Source: Planctomycetota bacterium (lineage in GTDB: Bacteria; Planctomycetota; UBA8108; SXIK01). Taken from it: a DNA stretch of 64,000 nucleotides. The DNA is taken from the NCBI GenBank assembly GCA_965223265.1, contig OZ244999.1, positions 4,928,001 to 4,992,000 of the forward strand, written 5' to 3'. Positions 38,239 to 47,777 of the stretch are shown here, piece after piece; position 1 is the stretch's first letter, and the number at the start of each line of letters is the position of its first letter. The notes beneath the pieces are model-generated. The model was not told the origin of the DNA and did not search any database. It saw only the letters and a list, made by a program, of their open reading frames with translations. Made by a program: the position numbers and the translations under genes.

Positions 38239-38388
38239 CAGCTCACTCAAAAGTCCGAGAAGCTGGCTTTTCACGCCCGATTCAACCGCGTTATCACTCA
38301 GAAGTCTCAGAGATCGCCTGCGTTTGCCGCGGCCGATCTGGACGCGAAGAGACCAGTTCCAGGGTCAACTCACTTTTTCAACAGGCTG
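38239..38388 (+). mobile_element. MITE copy 2 (150 bp, degenerate left arm; TCAA target duplication)
   Basis: Shares gcctgcgtttgccgcggccgatctggacgcgaagagaccagtt and the right end actttttcaacaggctg with copy 1; TCAA at 38235-38238 and 38389-38392. Confidence 0.8.
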
Positions 38389-38444
38389 TCAAGGAATCGA
38401 ATGGGGCTTCCGATATACTGAGCTCGTAGAGACTATCATTCGAA

Positions 38445-40670
38445 ATGGCAACAAAACAGCAGACAACGTTGACCCACGTCAGAACGAATGAGCTCGAAGA
38501 GCTCGTCGGCGGTACCCATGGAAATCCGTTCGCAATCCTTGGTCCGCACGTGTCCGAGCTCGAGGGCCAGACCAAGCTCGCCGTGCGCGTCTGGATTCCG
38601 GGGGCCGCAAAGGTCTGGCTGATCCCTCGCGATGCCGAGAAGACGGCGATCGAGTTCGAAAAGGCGCATGACGCTGGCTACTTTGAATGTCTCATCGGCC
38701 CGGTAGGCACCGAGTTTAGATACGGTCTACGAGTCGAAGATGGCGATGGTCAGCGGTGGGAAGCCGAGGATCCGTATCGATTTGGGCGCGTTCTAACAGA
38801 TTTCGACCTCCACCTTCTCGGTGAAGGCTCGCACTACAAGAATTATGAGAAGCTAGGTGCCCATAAAATTGAGCTCGACGGAGTGAGCGGTGTTCACTTC
38901 GCGGTCTGGGCTCCCAACGCAGCACGCGTCAGTGTCGTCGGTGACTTCAATAACTGGGACGGCAGACGTCACGGCATGCGGCACCTTGGCGCTAGCGGAA
39001 TCTGGGAGATCTTTTTGCCGGGTCTCTGCGAGGGCGACATCTACAAGTTCGAAATCTTAACGGCTGAGCATTCCGTTCTGCTGAAGGGCGACCCGTACGG
39101 AACGGCCACAGAGGTGCGCCCCAAGACTGCCAACGTTGTCTTCGACATCGAGCAGTACGCGTGGCGCGACGACAACTGGCTACACGAGAGACGAGCAGCG
39201 AGGAACGCCCTCGATGCGCCGATGTCGATCTACGAAGTTCACTTGGGCTCGTGGAAGCGAGGCGAAGGCAACCACTACATCAGCTACCGCGACCTCGCGA
39301 CCGACCTGATCCCATACGCCAAGGACATGGGGTTCACCCATATCGAACTGCTCCCGATTTTGGAGCATCCGTTCGACGGTTCCTGGGGCTATCAAGCCCT
39401 GGGCTACTTCGCACCGACAAGCCGGTTCGGTACGCCGACCGAGTTCATGCGCTTCGTCGATGCGTGCCACCAAGCTGACCTCGGGGTCATCCTCGATTGG
39501 GTTCCGGCACATTTCCCGCGAGACGAACACGGGCTGCGGAACTTCGATGGAACACAGCTCTTCGAACACGCGGACCCACGTCAAGGAGAGCATCGCGACT
39601 GGGGCACGATGATCTTCAACTACGGACGCAACGAAGTTTCGAACTTTCTTCTCGGCAACGCGCTCTTTTGGCTCGACAAGTACCACCTCGACGGCTTCCG
39701 CGTCGATGCTGTCGCCTCGATGCTCTACCTCGACTACTCCAAGGAAGACGGGGATTGGATCCCCAACAAGTATGGCGGCAAGGAGAATATCGAAGCCATC
39801 GACTTTCTCCGACGGTTTAACGAGCTTTGCCACGCACACCACCCTGGCGTCCTCACCATCGCAGAGGAGTCGACCGCGTGGAACGGAGTCTCTCGACCGA
39901 CCTACGCTGGCGGACTCGGATTCAGTCTGAAGTGGAACATGGGCTGGATGAATGACGTCCTCGAGTACTTCTCAAAGGACTCCATCTACCGCAAGTATCA
40001 CCACCAGAACCTGACTTTCGCGATGCTGTACGCCTACAGCGAAAACTTCCTGCTGCCGGTTTCACACGACGAAGTCGTGCACGGGAAGCGCTCGCTCCTC
40101 GACAAGATGCCGGGGGACGGCTGGCAGAAGTTCGCAAACCTTCGCGCCTTTTTTGGCTTCCAGTTCGCTTTCCCTGGAAAGAAGCTGATCTTTATGGGGT
40201 CGGAGTTTGCCCAAGGACGAGAGTGGGACTGCGACCAGAGTCTCGACTGGCATCTTCTCGACGTCGACGCGCATCGGGGCGTTCACCAGCTCGTGCGCGA
40301 CCTCAACCGTCTCTACCAGCGCGAGAAAGCTCTCCACGAAGTCGATTTTCATTGGGACGGATTCGAGTGGATCGACTGCAACGACGCCGAACAGAGCGTC
40401 GTGTCGTTTCTGCGGCGTGGTCACTCTCACGAAGACGAGGTCGTCGTCCTCCTCAATTTGACACCGACGCCACGTTACAACTACCGCATCGGTGTTCCGC
40501 GCTCTGGCTATTATCGTGAAATCCTGAACACTGATTCAGAGCTCTACGGCGGGAGCAACCTTGGAAACGGCGGTGGGACTCACGCCGAGGCCACGCCGAT
40601 GCACAACCAGGGATGGTCGCTCGAGCTCACCCTGCCGCCTCTGAGCTGCTTGATTCTGAAGCGGGCTTGA
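38445..40670 (+). CDS. glgB: 1,4-alpha-glucan branching enzyme (GH13)
   Basis: [72 protein letters not shown]. Confidence 0.97.
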   Translation: MATKQQTTLTHVRTNELEELVGGTHGNPFAILGPHVSELEGQTKLAVRVWIPGAAKVWLIPRDAEKTAIEFEKAHDAGYFECLIGPVGTEFRYGLRVEDGDGQRWEAEDPYRFGRVLTDFDLHLLGEGSHYKNYEKLGAHKIELDGVSGVHFAVWAPNAARVSVVGDFNNWDGRRHGMRHLGASGIWEIFLPGLCEGDIYKFEILTAEHSVLLKGDPYGTATEVRPKTANVVFDIEQYAWRDDNWLHERRAARNALDAPMSIYEVHLGSWKRGEGNHYISYRDLATDLIPYAKDMGFTHIELLPILEHPFDGSWGYQALGYFAPTSRFGTPTEFMRFVDACHQADLGVILDWVPAHFPRDEHGLRNFDGTQLFEHADPRQGEHRDWGTMIFNYGRNEVSNFLLGNALFWLDKYHLDGFRVDAVASMLYLDYSKEDGDWIPNKYGGKENIEAIDFLRRFNELCHAHHPGVLTIAEESTAWNGVSRPTYAGGLGFSLKWNMGWMNDVLEYFSKDSIYRKYHHQNLTFAMLYAYSENFLLPVSHDEVVHGKRSLLDKMPGDGWQKFANLRAFFGFQFAFPGKKLIFMGSEFAQGREWDCDQSLDWHLLDVDAHRGVHQLVRDLNRLYQREKALHEVDFHWDGFEWIDCNDAEQSVVSFLRRGHSHEDEVVVLLNLTPTPRYNYRIGVPRSGYYREILNTDSELYGGSNLGNGGGTHAEATPMHNQGWSLELTLPPLSCLILKRA

Positions 40671-40680
40671 GAGCTTTAGA

Positions 40681-40734
40681 GCGTGGGGGTGCGTGAGTGT
40701 GCGTAGGCGTGGGCGTTCTCTGTTTCTGTCTCCG
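40681..40734. repeat. Degenerate GCGTGG/TCTGTC hexamer tract between convergent genes
   Basis: gcgtgggggtgcgtgagtgtgcgtaggcgtgggcgttctctgtttctgtctccg. Confidence 0.55.
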
Positions 40735-40749
40735 CCGCTCTCCCGCGGC

Positions 40750-41487
40750 TTACCGCTTCGCGGTCGCGCCGACTTCAACCGTCTTGGTGCCGGCTGGCAC
40801 GTCGAGTCGAAACCTTCGCTGCGACACTTTGACGTTGGTTTGCCACTTCACGACCTCAAGGTGAACCTCGTTGCCGCCGCGCTCGCGCTGGTGGTACTCG
40901 ACGACGCGATGATCCTTGAGGGCGAGGCGGATCGACTCGAGCGGCGAATCGACGGCCCGTGGCCGTAGATCCAGCGTCACGCTGTCGTCGCCGGCTTCGT
41001 CCAACTCGTGACTGCCAGACCTCTGGCGTTGCATCTTGATTGCGTAGAGATCGATGGTCTTCTGCCAGTCTCCAGTGAGAAACGGGATCGCCTGGGTCGT
41101 TTTCGCCTCTCTTCCGCCGCCCACTCGTAAGTCCATCACCTCGAGGCGCTTGAGCGCGGGATAGAAAATCCGCAAACGACCGTCTGCGGCAACCAAGTGA
41201 CTCTCGACAGCGCCCTTCTCGCTGCGAACGATCATCGCGAGGCGCCCGTCGCTGTACCACAGTTCGCCGCGCGAACGCCGTGGGCGCCGAAGAAACTTGA
41301 GTCTCTTCTCCTGACGAAAGTGAAGCGCGATCGACGTCAGCTCACGAGACTTCGCCTCGAGCTGAGCCAGGTACTCACGCACTTCGGGAGCGACGCCCTC
41401 TGCACTCGGCGCGTCCGGCGCGTCCGGCGTGCCGTGTAGCAGCGAAGCGATAGAAATCAAAGCCATGAGAAACAAACGACGCGCCAT
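40750..41487 (-). CDS. LolA-like periplasmic carrier protein
   Basis: Signal peptide; FRQEKRLKFLRRPRRSRGELWY pattern typical of LolA-like carriers; C-terminal F.L.VP.G; GGAGG RBS before ATG 41487. Confidence 0.75.
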   Translation of the reverse strand: MARRLFLMALISIASLLHGTPDAPDAPSAEGVAPEVREYLAQLEAKSRELTSIALHFRQEKRLKFLRRPRRSRGELWYSDGRLAMIVRSEKGAVESHLVAADGRLRIFYPALKRLEVMDLRVGGGREAKTTQAIPFLTGDWQKTIDLYAIKMQRQRSGSHELDEAGDDSVTLDLRPRAVDSPLESIRLALKDHRVVEYHQRERGGNEVHLEVVKWQTNVKVSQRRFRLDVPAGTKTVEVGATAKR

Positions 41488-41512
41488 GTCACCTCCGTCT
41501 GAGCGGGTGTAG

Positions 41513-41691
41513 CAGTCTGCCTGAAAAGGTGCTTCGAGCCGAAAACTGGCCTCTTCGCGCCCAAATCGGCGGCGGCAAACGCAGGCAATCTTCGGGCCCT
41601 CTTCTGTCGATTCTGATGGCGCGTATTGACGCGGCCCGTCTGGGCGTGAAGACGCCAGTTTCTTCGGCCGAATGACTTTTTCAGGCGGCTG
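41513..41691 (-). mobile_element. MITE copy 3 (179 bp, inverted relative to copies 1-2; GTAG target duplication)
   Basis: Reverse complement aligns end to end with 25231-25408; ends cagtctgcctgaaaaggt / actttttcaggcggctg; GTAG at 41509-41512 and 41692-41695. Confidence 0.85.
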
Positions 41692-41729
41692 GTAGGAGAA
41701 CGCAGTCACGCGCGAAACGCAAGACGTCG

Positions 41730-44378
41730 TCATCGCCGTCGGCGATGCAGCTCGAGAAGCGGCGGCAACACCAAGAGCGACGCAAGAAGAGAGAGGACGA
41801 TTCCAAGCCCGGCGAGGACCCCGACCGACGCCAACCCCCGGTTGGTTGCCAGCGCCAGGCTGCCGAAGGCTCCGAGCGTCGTCACCGACGTCAAGCTGAC
41901 GGCCCGTCCGACGCTTCTCATCAGCGTGAAGATCTCGCCGCGCCCTTGCCGTGCATAGCGCGTGACGATGTGAATGCCGTCGTCGATCCCAATGCCGAGA
42001 ATCATCGGTAGGATGCCAACGTTCATGAAGTTGATCTTCCAGCCCGCCAGAGCCCAGATGCAGCTGACGCCAAGCATACCGACCACAACTGGAACCAGAG
42101 CGCAAAACGCGAGATAACAGCCGCGAAAGAGTGCGAGAGTGACGCCGCAAACCGCGAGCGCCGCGACCAAGAGAGCGGTGAGGAAACGACGCACGACGTA
42201 GTCCGCAGAACTCTGCGAGCTCACGTAGAGCCCGGTGACACGTCCATGCACGGACGCGGTTGCGAGGGCTGACTCAAGCTCACCCACGACGGCACGCCGC
42301 GCCTCTCGACTCCAGAGCGCACCGCTCGGATAGACGGCCACGAGAGCAGACGCGCGTTCAGCTTGCACGTTCACGACTTCGCTGAGCGGCCCTGCGAGGC
42401 CCGCGGCGGCAGCTTCTCCGACGGAAAGGGGCTCACGGCGCTTAAGAAGGCGGTCAAGACGCGCACGCTCGCGCTCGACCGCGGCAGCTGAAAAACCGAC
42501 GGCGTCGAACGCCTCTTCGAGTCCTTCGCGCAGGCTAGCGGCATGGGGACGTTTGGCCGCCAGGACGCCGAGCACGCGGTGCTGCTCGCTTGGCGGTGGA
42601 ATGAGGTCAAGGGGAGACCTCCACCCAGCCAGCACACCGCGGTCGACCAGACGCGACAACTCAACCTCAAGGCGGTGCAGCGACTCCAAGAGCGCCTCTT
42701 CGGATGACGTCGTAGCATCCACAGTCGGTGTTACGACACCTACGGGCGAATCTTCCGATTCGACGCGACGGCCGCCAGCTGCCGACTCGTGCAGCACGAT
42801 GAGTAGCGGCTCTTCATCAAGGCCGAAACGCTCCTGTAGCCGCCGCTGCGTTTCGATAGCGCCCGAGTTGGCGGCATGCATCGAGCGCAAATCAGACTCG
42901 AGATCAGGTGGACGCAACACCACGACGACCACGCCCACAATCACCACAAGCGCGGCGAGGCAAAGCGATGCCGCTGGACGCCGGAGTGTGATCGACGTTG
43001 AGACGGAAACGAATCGAGTTAGGATCCCAGTAAGCGGTTCGTGCTCACCTAAGGTGCAGTCGTCATCGGTGCGCTCAGAGTGCCCCGGCCGCTGCGACTG
43101 AAGCGCGAGGATTGCAGGCAAGACCGTGAGCGTCGAGATGAGGGTCGTCGTCAGGCCGATCGAAGTCATCAGCCCCATGTCGAAGAGAAATCCGCCGCCA
43201 GCAGACGCGAAGGCAAGGAACCCTACCACGCTGGTGAATGTCGCGAAAAAAAGCGACGACGCCGTCACCTCGAGCGCGGCCAGAAACTCGTCGCGTGTCG
43301 GTCGCCGCCCCGCCCGTAGTGGCTCCGCAAGGTGAATCGCCGCATCGACACCGAGAGCTGCCAACACCGCGCCCGACACCAGAGCCAAGACAACAACCTC
43401 ACGCTGAGCGTAGAAGTAGAGGCCGGTGCCAACCGCAATCCCGAGCGTCAGACTCACCCAGACAGCGAAGCAAAAGCGAACAGAGCGCCACGCCGCGCCG
43501 AGAACGGCCACGACCAACAGAATCGACACGGTGATGTTCAACGTCAGATCCCGCCGCATGGATGCTTCGCTCTCGAGGGCGTAGGCGTAACTCCCGGTGC
43601 GGGCGACAGAAACCTCGTGGTCACCAGAACACGAGGTCAAGTGTTCGCGCTGCGCCGCGTCAACAGCGAGGTCCACTTGGCGCGCCACCATCCTCACCGC
43701 AGTAAGATCGGAAGAACGGGCGCGACCGTGGACCACAAAGAGGAGCGCCGCACCGTCCTCGGAAAGGAAGTGCGGTGACCCGGCACGAGTTCGCAAACCC
43801 GATTGGCGCGCCCCCAAGCGACGCAGCAGAAACTCGCGCAACTCGAGAGGGTCACGCTCAAACCACTCTTCAGCCTCACCGAGCCCGGGCAGTCCTATCC
43901 TCGCAACTTGGCGCTCGAGTGTCGACTGCACTCCCGACGAAGTCAGGAGTTCGCTCAGGCGCGATCGAGCGTCTGCGTCCGCCGCGTACAGCGGCGCCAG
44001 ACCGAGGAGCTCACCTCGCTTGAGCGCTCGCTCTACTTCATGCCAACCGAAGACGATGCGCACAATCGTCGGGCTCTGCCGCAGAGCTTTAGCGACATGC
44101 TCGGCGAATGACGTCAAGCAGTTCGCGGCCGCCGAATCGTGCACGCTGCCGTCCACTTCGAAAAGCAGCACGAGCTGCTCGCTGACACCAAAGAGGCGCT
44201 CGAGCTCAGCGACGCTCTCCCTCACCGCCGGCGGGGCCAAATCCGCCATGTCACTCTCGAAGCGCACAAAAAACAGTGATGCCGCGGCGGTACAGACGCA
44301 CACCGCAGCGGCAACCAGGACACGGCGCGGCGCATCCCAAGAGGCCGCGGCCATACGCATCATGACTCGCTGGAGCAT
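41730..44378 (-). CDS. MMPL/RND family lipid exporter
   Basis: Two repeats of TM + large periplasmic loop + 5 TM; ALGVDAAIH and GIGIDDGIH motifs; TSVVGF and TTLGAFGSL. Confidence 0.88.
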   Translation of the reverse strand: MLQRVMMRMAAASWDAPRRVLVAAAVCVCTAAASLFFVRFESDMADLAPPAVRESVAELERLFGVSEQLVLLFEVDGSVHDSAAANCLTSFAEHVAKALRQSPTIVRIVFGWHEVERALKRGELLGLAPLYAADADARSRLSELLTSSGVQSTLERQVARIGLPGLGEAEEWFERDPLELREFLLRRLGARQSGLRTRAGSPHFLSEDGAALLFVVHGRARSSDLTAVRMVARQVDLAVDAAQREHLTSCSGDHEVSVARTGSYAYALESEASMRRDLTLNITVSILLVVAVLGAAWRSVRFCFAVWVSLTLGIAVGTGLYFYAQREVVVLALVSGAVLAALGVDAAIHLAEPLRAGRRPTRDEFLAALEVTASSLFFATFTSVVGFLAFASAGGGFLFDMGLMTSIGLTTTLISTLTVLPAILALQSQRPGHSERTDDDCTLGEHEPLTGILTRFVSVSTSITLRRPAASLCLAALVVIVGVVVVVLRPPDLESDLRSMHAANSGAIETQRRLQERFGLDEEPLLIVLHESAAGGRRVESEDSPVGVVTPTVDATTSSEEALLESLHRLEVELSRLVDRGVLAGWRSPLDLIPPPSEQHRVLGVLAAKRPHAASLREGLEEAFDAVGFSAAAVERERARLDRLLKRREPLSVGEAAAAGLAGPLSEVVNVQAERASALVAVYPSGALWSREARRAVVGELESALATASVHGRVTGLYVSSQSSADYVVRRFLTALLVAALAVCGVTLALFRGCYLAFCALVPVVVGMLGVSCIWALAGWKINFMNVGILPMILGIGIDDGIHIVTRYARQGRGEIFTLMRSVGRAVSLTSVTTLGAFGSLALATNRGLASVGVLAGLGIVLSLLASLLVLPPLLELHRRRR

Positions 44379-44387
44379 CGCGGCACT

Positions 44388-45233
44388 CTAATCGTCAGGC
44401 AACATAAAGAGATCCGCCTCCAACTCCGGATTGACCTCAAGGTAAACAACGCGACCGAATATGCGTGCCGCCGGCGAGACGATCTCAAAGGTCTCTGGAA
44501 AGAAACGCCCGTCGACCTGGGAGTAGGAGAGGTACTCGACCCGCGTCGTCTCAGCAACCTCGGTGCCGGACCTCACCTCCGCCGATCGTACGCCGAGGGT
44601 GATTGGGTCGAGAGACCACTGAACGCGAGCCCTCTCGTGGAGCTCAGTCTCAAGGAGTAGTTCACTGTCGGTGCGGACGACGGACGCCAGTCGCTGCCCT
44701 TCTGAACCGGAATCAGTTTGTACCGCGCCGCTCTCGAAGGCGTCAACGACGCCAGGCAGGAAGAGATGCTGTCGAAGAACTGCCAAAACAGCAAATCCTT
44801 CCTCGTGCTGCAGCTCGTCGTGTGATCCAGAAAGTCGACGGCTGCTGCCGTCGGAATCACGAACGATCTGCGTGTAACTTTCCTTGGTGATCGCCACGTC
44901 GAACAGGCTCGTTGTCGAGATGAAGCCGTCGCGATAGGCCGTAAACCGAAGCTTGTCGGGCGCTTGGTAGTACGTGGCAGCGTCGAAGACCCCCCCGTCA
45001 CCGCCGGGCGCCTCGTAGCTCATGCGGAGCTCCGCGTAGAGCGACGTAACACCAGCGACACGGGAGGCAAGCACGTCATGCACGTCCGCGTCCGAAGGCG
45101 CATCGACAGCGGGAAACGGCCACACCGGCGCGCTCTCACAGCCGCACCAAATGAGCCAGGCCGCGGCGGCGGCGACCCGCATCGACGCGGACAGCAATAG
45201 AGTCGCTCCTGAGACGACTCCGCGGCGAATCAT
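44388..45233 (-). CDS. Putative lipoprotein, possible LolA/LolB-fold (DUF4292-like) lipid acceptor
   Basis: Hydrophobic leader ending LIWCG-C; beta-rich; YQAPDKLRF and Y..VDGRFFP..F motifs; operonic with MMPL and LolA-like genes; fold inferred. Confidence 0.55.
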   Translation of the reverse strand: MIRRGVVSGATLLLSASMRVAAAAAWLIWCGCESAPVWPFPAVDAPSDADVHDVLASRVAGVTSLYAELRMSYEAPGGDGGVFDAATYYQAPDKLRFTAYRDGFISTTSLFDVAITKESYTQIVRDSDGSSRRLSGSHDELQHEEGFAVLAVLRQHLFLPGVVDAFESGAVQTDSGSEGQRLASVVRTDSELLLETELHERARVQWSLDPITLGVRSAEVRSGTEVAETTRVEYLSYSQVDGRFFPETFEIVSPAARIFGRVVYLEVNPELEADLFMLPDD

Positions 45234-46732
45234 AGCGACGGGCTTTCCGCCAGGACGCGACCGGCCCAGGCTGCTGGACTCGCCTTGACGTTCTCACCTG
45301 GGAGCTCCTCGTGCGCGTGCCACAGGGACAGGAAGCGACGCAAACAGCGGCGAGTCTGCTCCGGATCGACGCGCGGCCACCCCGGGATGCCGTCCTCACC
45401 GGCGACCGCGGCGCGCAAACAGTAGACCGCCGCCATGAAATCGAATGGCAACTTGCGCTCGAGAGCCAGGAAAGCATCGAGCCCCTCCTCAAGCGCTGTG
45501 AAGTCCATCTGATTCACCGCTGCAACCAGACGCCGGAACGCGTCACGATAGCCGCCGTCGCGGTAGGCTCGAGCGACTGGGTCCAATCGTTCGTCGGGCT
45601 CGGCATCGTCGCCGAGTGTGTGGCAGCGCAGATCCGGAAGCCGTCGCACCGACGCGGAGCCGTCGCCTGCTGCGGTGCTGCTTGGCGCCGACGACGACCG
45701 CGTCGTCCGTGTGATCGCCTGAACGAGACGCCGGTCTTCGACGGTGGTTCGTAGCGCGCGCGACTCGCGCCGGGCACTGGCACTTCCTTCTTCGTCGGCC
45801 GTCTGCGGCGCGTCGTCCGCCACCGCTCGCACGTCTTCGACGTGATGAGGGCAGGATAGAATGAAATCTCGCAACTGGAAGATGTACTCGGCCCGGTGTG
45901 ACATCGCTGGCTCCTGCGCATGGCCGGCCCCGGCGATCAGCCAGAGGCGTCGGGGGCCCGAAAGCGCGTCGTAAAACTCGATGGCACCTTCAAACGGCAG
46001 CAATGAGTCCTCGACACCATGGATCACAAAGACGGCTACGTCGTGCAGCTGCGCCGCGAACCGCCGCGGCTCCTTGCCGGCGAAAGGGTAGACCGAGGTG
46101 CCAACCGCAGCCAAGAAATTCGCCACCGTCCGGGGCGCTCCCGCTTTGGTGTACTTCACGCGGCGGCGCTCCTGCGTGACACCGGATGGGTCGACGACGT
46201 TATGAATCCACGTCGGACCAAAGCTGCCGGTAGAGAACAGTCCCCCGAGCATGGCGCGAAGATCGGAGACGCCCTCGATAACGATCGCCGCAATAGGGAA
46301 CCGGCGACTGCCGGCCGCTGCCACTGCTGCACAGGCGCCGAGCGAAAGGCCGTAGAGGATAAGCGATCGACCCGCAGCGCGCTCTCGCGCCCATGCGCAA
46401 GCGGCGCTCACGTCATCGACGACCCGACGCAGATCAGGTTCGCCGTCACTGCGTCCGAAGCCGCGATAGTCGAACGCGAGGACTGAGCAACCCGCCTCGT
46501 GAACCATCCGGACGTATTCGAGGTGGCACGACACATTGCCCGAGTTCCCGGAACAGAACACGGCAAGACGATCGCTCCCGCGAGCAAAGAAAAACCAACC
46601 ACGCAGTGTGACACCACCGGGGGCCGAGATCTCCACCTCCTCAGAGTCGATGCCAACGCTCTGCGGCGTCATGTAGAGAAAGCGATCGGCGAGGAGCGTA
46701 CGTCTCGAGAAGAATCGGCTGCGCAGACTCAC
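45230..46732 (-). CDS. Alpha/beta hydrolase with C-terminal helical extension
   Basis: LRGWF, SGNSGN, DYRGFGRSDG, nucleophile GLSLG, IHGVEDSLLP, GAGH; stop overlaps the next gene's start. Confidence 0.85.
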   Translation of the reverse strand: MSLRSRFFSRRTLLADRFLYMTPQSVGIDSEEVEISAPGGVTLRGWFFFARGSDRLAVFCSGNSGNVSCHLEYVRMVHEAGCSVLAFDYRGFGRSDGEPDLRRVVDDVSAACAWARERAAGRSLILYGLSLGACAAVAAAGSRRFPIAAIVIEGVSDLRAMLGGLFSTGSFGPTWIHNVVDPSGVTQERRRVKYTKAGAPRTVANFLAAVGTSVYPFAGKEPRRFAAQLHDVAVFVIHGVEDSLLPFEGAIEFYDALSGPRRLWLIAGAGHAQEPAMSHRAEYIFQLRDFILSCPHHVEDVRAVADDAPQTADEEGSASARRESRALRTTVEDRRLVQAITRTTRSSSAPSSTAAGDGSASVRRLPDLRCHTLGDDAEPDERLDPVARAYRDGGYRDAFRRLVAAVNQMDFTALEEGLDAFLALERKLPFDFMAAVYCLRAAVAGEDGIPGWPRVDPEQTRRCLRRFLSLWHAHEELPGENVKASPAAWAGRVLAESPSL

Positions 46733-46757
46733 GACGCTCTCCCTCGAAGCTGCCGCG

Positions 46758-47159
46758 TCAATCAGCGCTGACTTCGTAACGCCAGCGCCACGGACCTATT
46801 TCCAGCTCTTCGCCGCCGACGAGACTCTGCCACTCATGCGCCTTGATCGCTTGGCCATCGATGGACATAGAGTCGTCGTGGACGGCTCGCAAATCAAGGG
46901 GTCCGCCTTCGTCGCGCGGATAGTACATCCGCACGTGCTCGGGATACACGCCGTCGCCGTGCAGTAGCAGATCAGCTCGTTCGGGATGGCTGCCGACGAT
47001 CACACGGACGTGGGGCCGGCTCTCTAGCCATGGGGACCTGCGGCGCTCTAAGCGCCACACGGTCTCTACCGCGATCGGTTCTCCCTCGCAGCGCAGGACC
47101 GCGCCGCGTGACGACTCGCGTTGGCTAGGACCGAGGTAGACGAGTCGCCGCAGCACCAT
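46758..47159 (-). CDS. Degenerate FHA-like domain protein
   Basis: VIVGSHPERADLLL....VYPEH...SIDG......LVGGEELEIG follows the FHA pattern but lacks the phosphothreonine-binding Arg and Ser. Confidence 0.55.
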   Translation of the reverse strand: MVLRRLVYLGPSQRESSRGAVLRCEGEPIAVETVWRLERRRSPWLESRPHVRVIVGSHPERADLLLHGDGVYPEHVRMYYPRDEGGPLDLRAVHDDSMSIDGQAIKAHEWQSLVGGEELEIGPWRWRYEVSAD

Positions 47160-47193
47160 TTCACTTTTCCATGCGTTTGATGGGGAACAACGC

Positions 47194-47334
47194 TCACTGC
47201 GGCGCAGCGCCGAACCACTCCGGCGGCAGGATGGACTTGGTGACGAACCAAATCGCAAGCCATCCCAGCCAGAGGATGATGATGCCAACGATGATGCCGA
47301 AACCTTTTGCGAACGGCTTGTAAGTCGACGACAC
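47194..47334 (-). CDS. Small single-pass membrane protein, 46 aa (not in the ORF track)
   Basis: Translated by hand: MSSTYKPFAKGFGIIVGIIILWLGWLAIWFVTKSILPPEWFGAAPQ*; GTG start 7 nt after GGAG. Confidence 0.6.
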   Translation of the reverse strand: MSSTYKPFAKGFGIIVGIIILWLGWLAIWFVTKSILPPEWFGAAPQ

Positions 47335-47445
47335 AGTTCAACTCCGTTTACTTCAGCTTGTTGCAGAACGAATGGCCCCTCGTTCACGCTCCGCGGTCGC
47401 GCAACGCTTGAGGTGCGGCCCGCGATAGCCTCACTGACGCGCTCG

Positions 47446-47643
47446 TCAACTCGGGCTGTTGAAGAAATCGCGGAAGATCGGATAGAGGAGCGCTAGGAGA
47501 ACAAGAAGAGCGACGACAAGCCCGCCGGCAACCCTCAACGTGTGCAAGGTCGACGGAGATTCTTCCGGGAACAACTCGTCGAGTTCATATCTCTGCGGGG
47601 CTCCGCCGCCGTCACTCTGACTGTCACCGTGACTGTCACTCAT
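47446..47643 (-). CDS. Small single-pass membrane protein, 65 aa
   Basis: GGAGG RBS; acidic N-terminus followed by VAGGLVVALLVLLALLYPIF. Confidence 0.65.
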   Translation of the reverse strand: MSDSHGDSQSDGGGAPQRYELDELFPEESPSTLHTLRVAGGLVVALLVLLALLYPIFRDFFNSPS

Positions 47644-47777
47644 CGACGCCTCCAGAACTGATCAGCAAGACTTGCTCTGCGGCCACCCGGCGGGGCGCGG
47701 CACCCTCAACCTTGGCGGCCAAGACGGCAAAGTATAGAGAACTGCGACGCTCCTGCAAAGCGGATTTCGGCGGACCG

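Noticed and set aside
41488-42150. N-terminal extension of the LolA-like ORF
   Set aside because: It overlaps the MMPL gene and MITE copy 3; a GGAGG RBS and signal peptide support ATG 41487
25888-47159. Calling the lipid locus an aryl polyene or ladderane cluster
   Set aside because: No acyl-AMP ligase, ammonia lyase or dehydratase for an aryl polyene and no radical SAM enzymes for ladderanes are visible in this window
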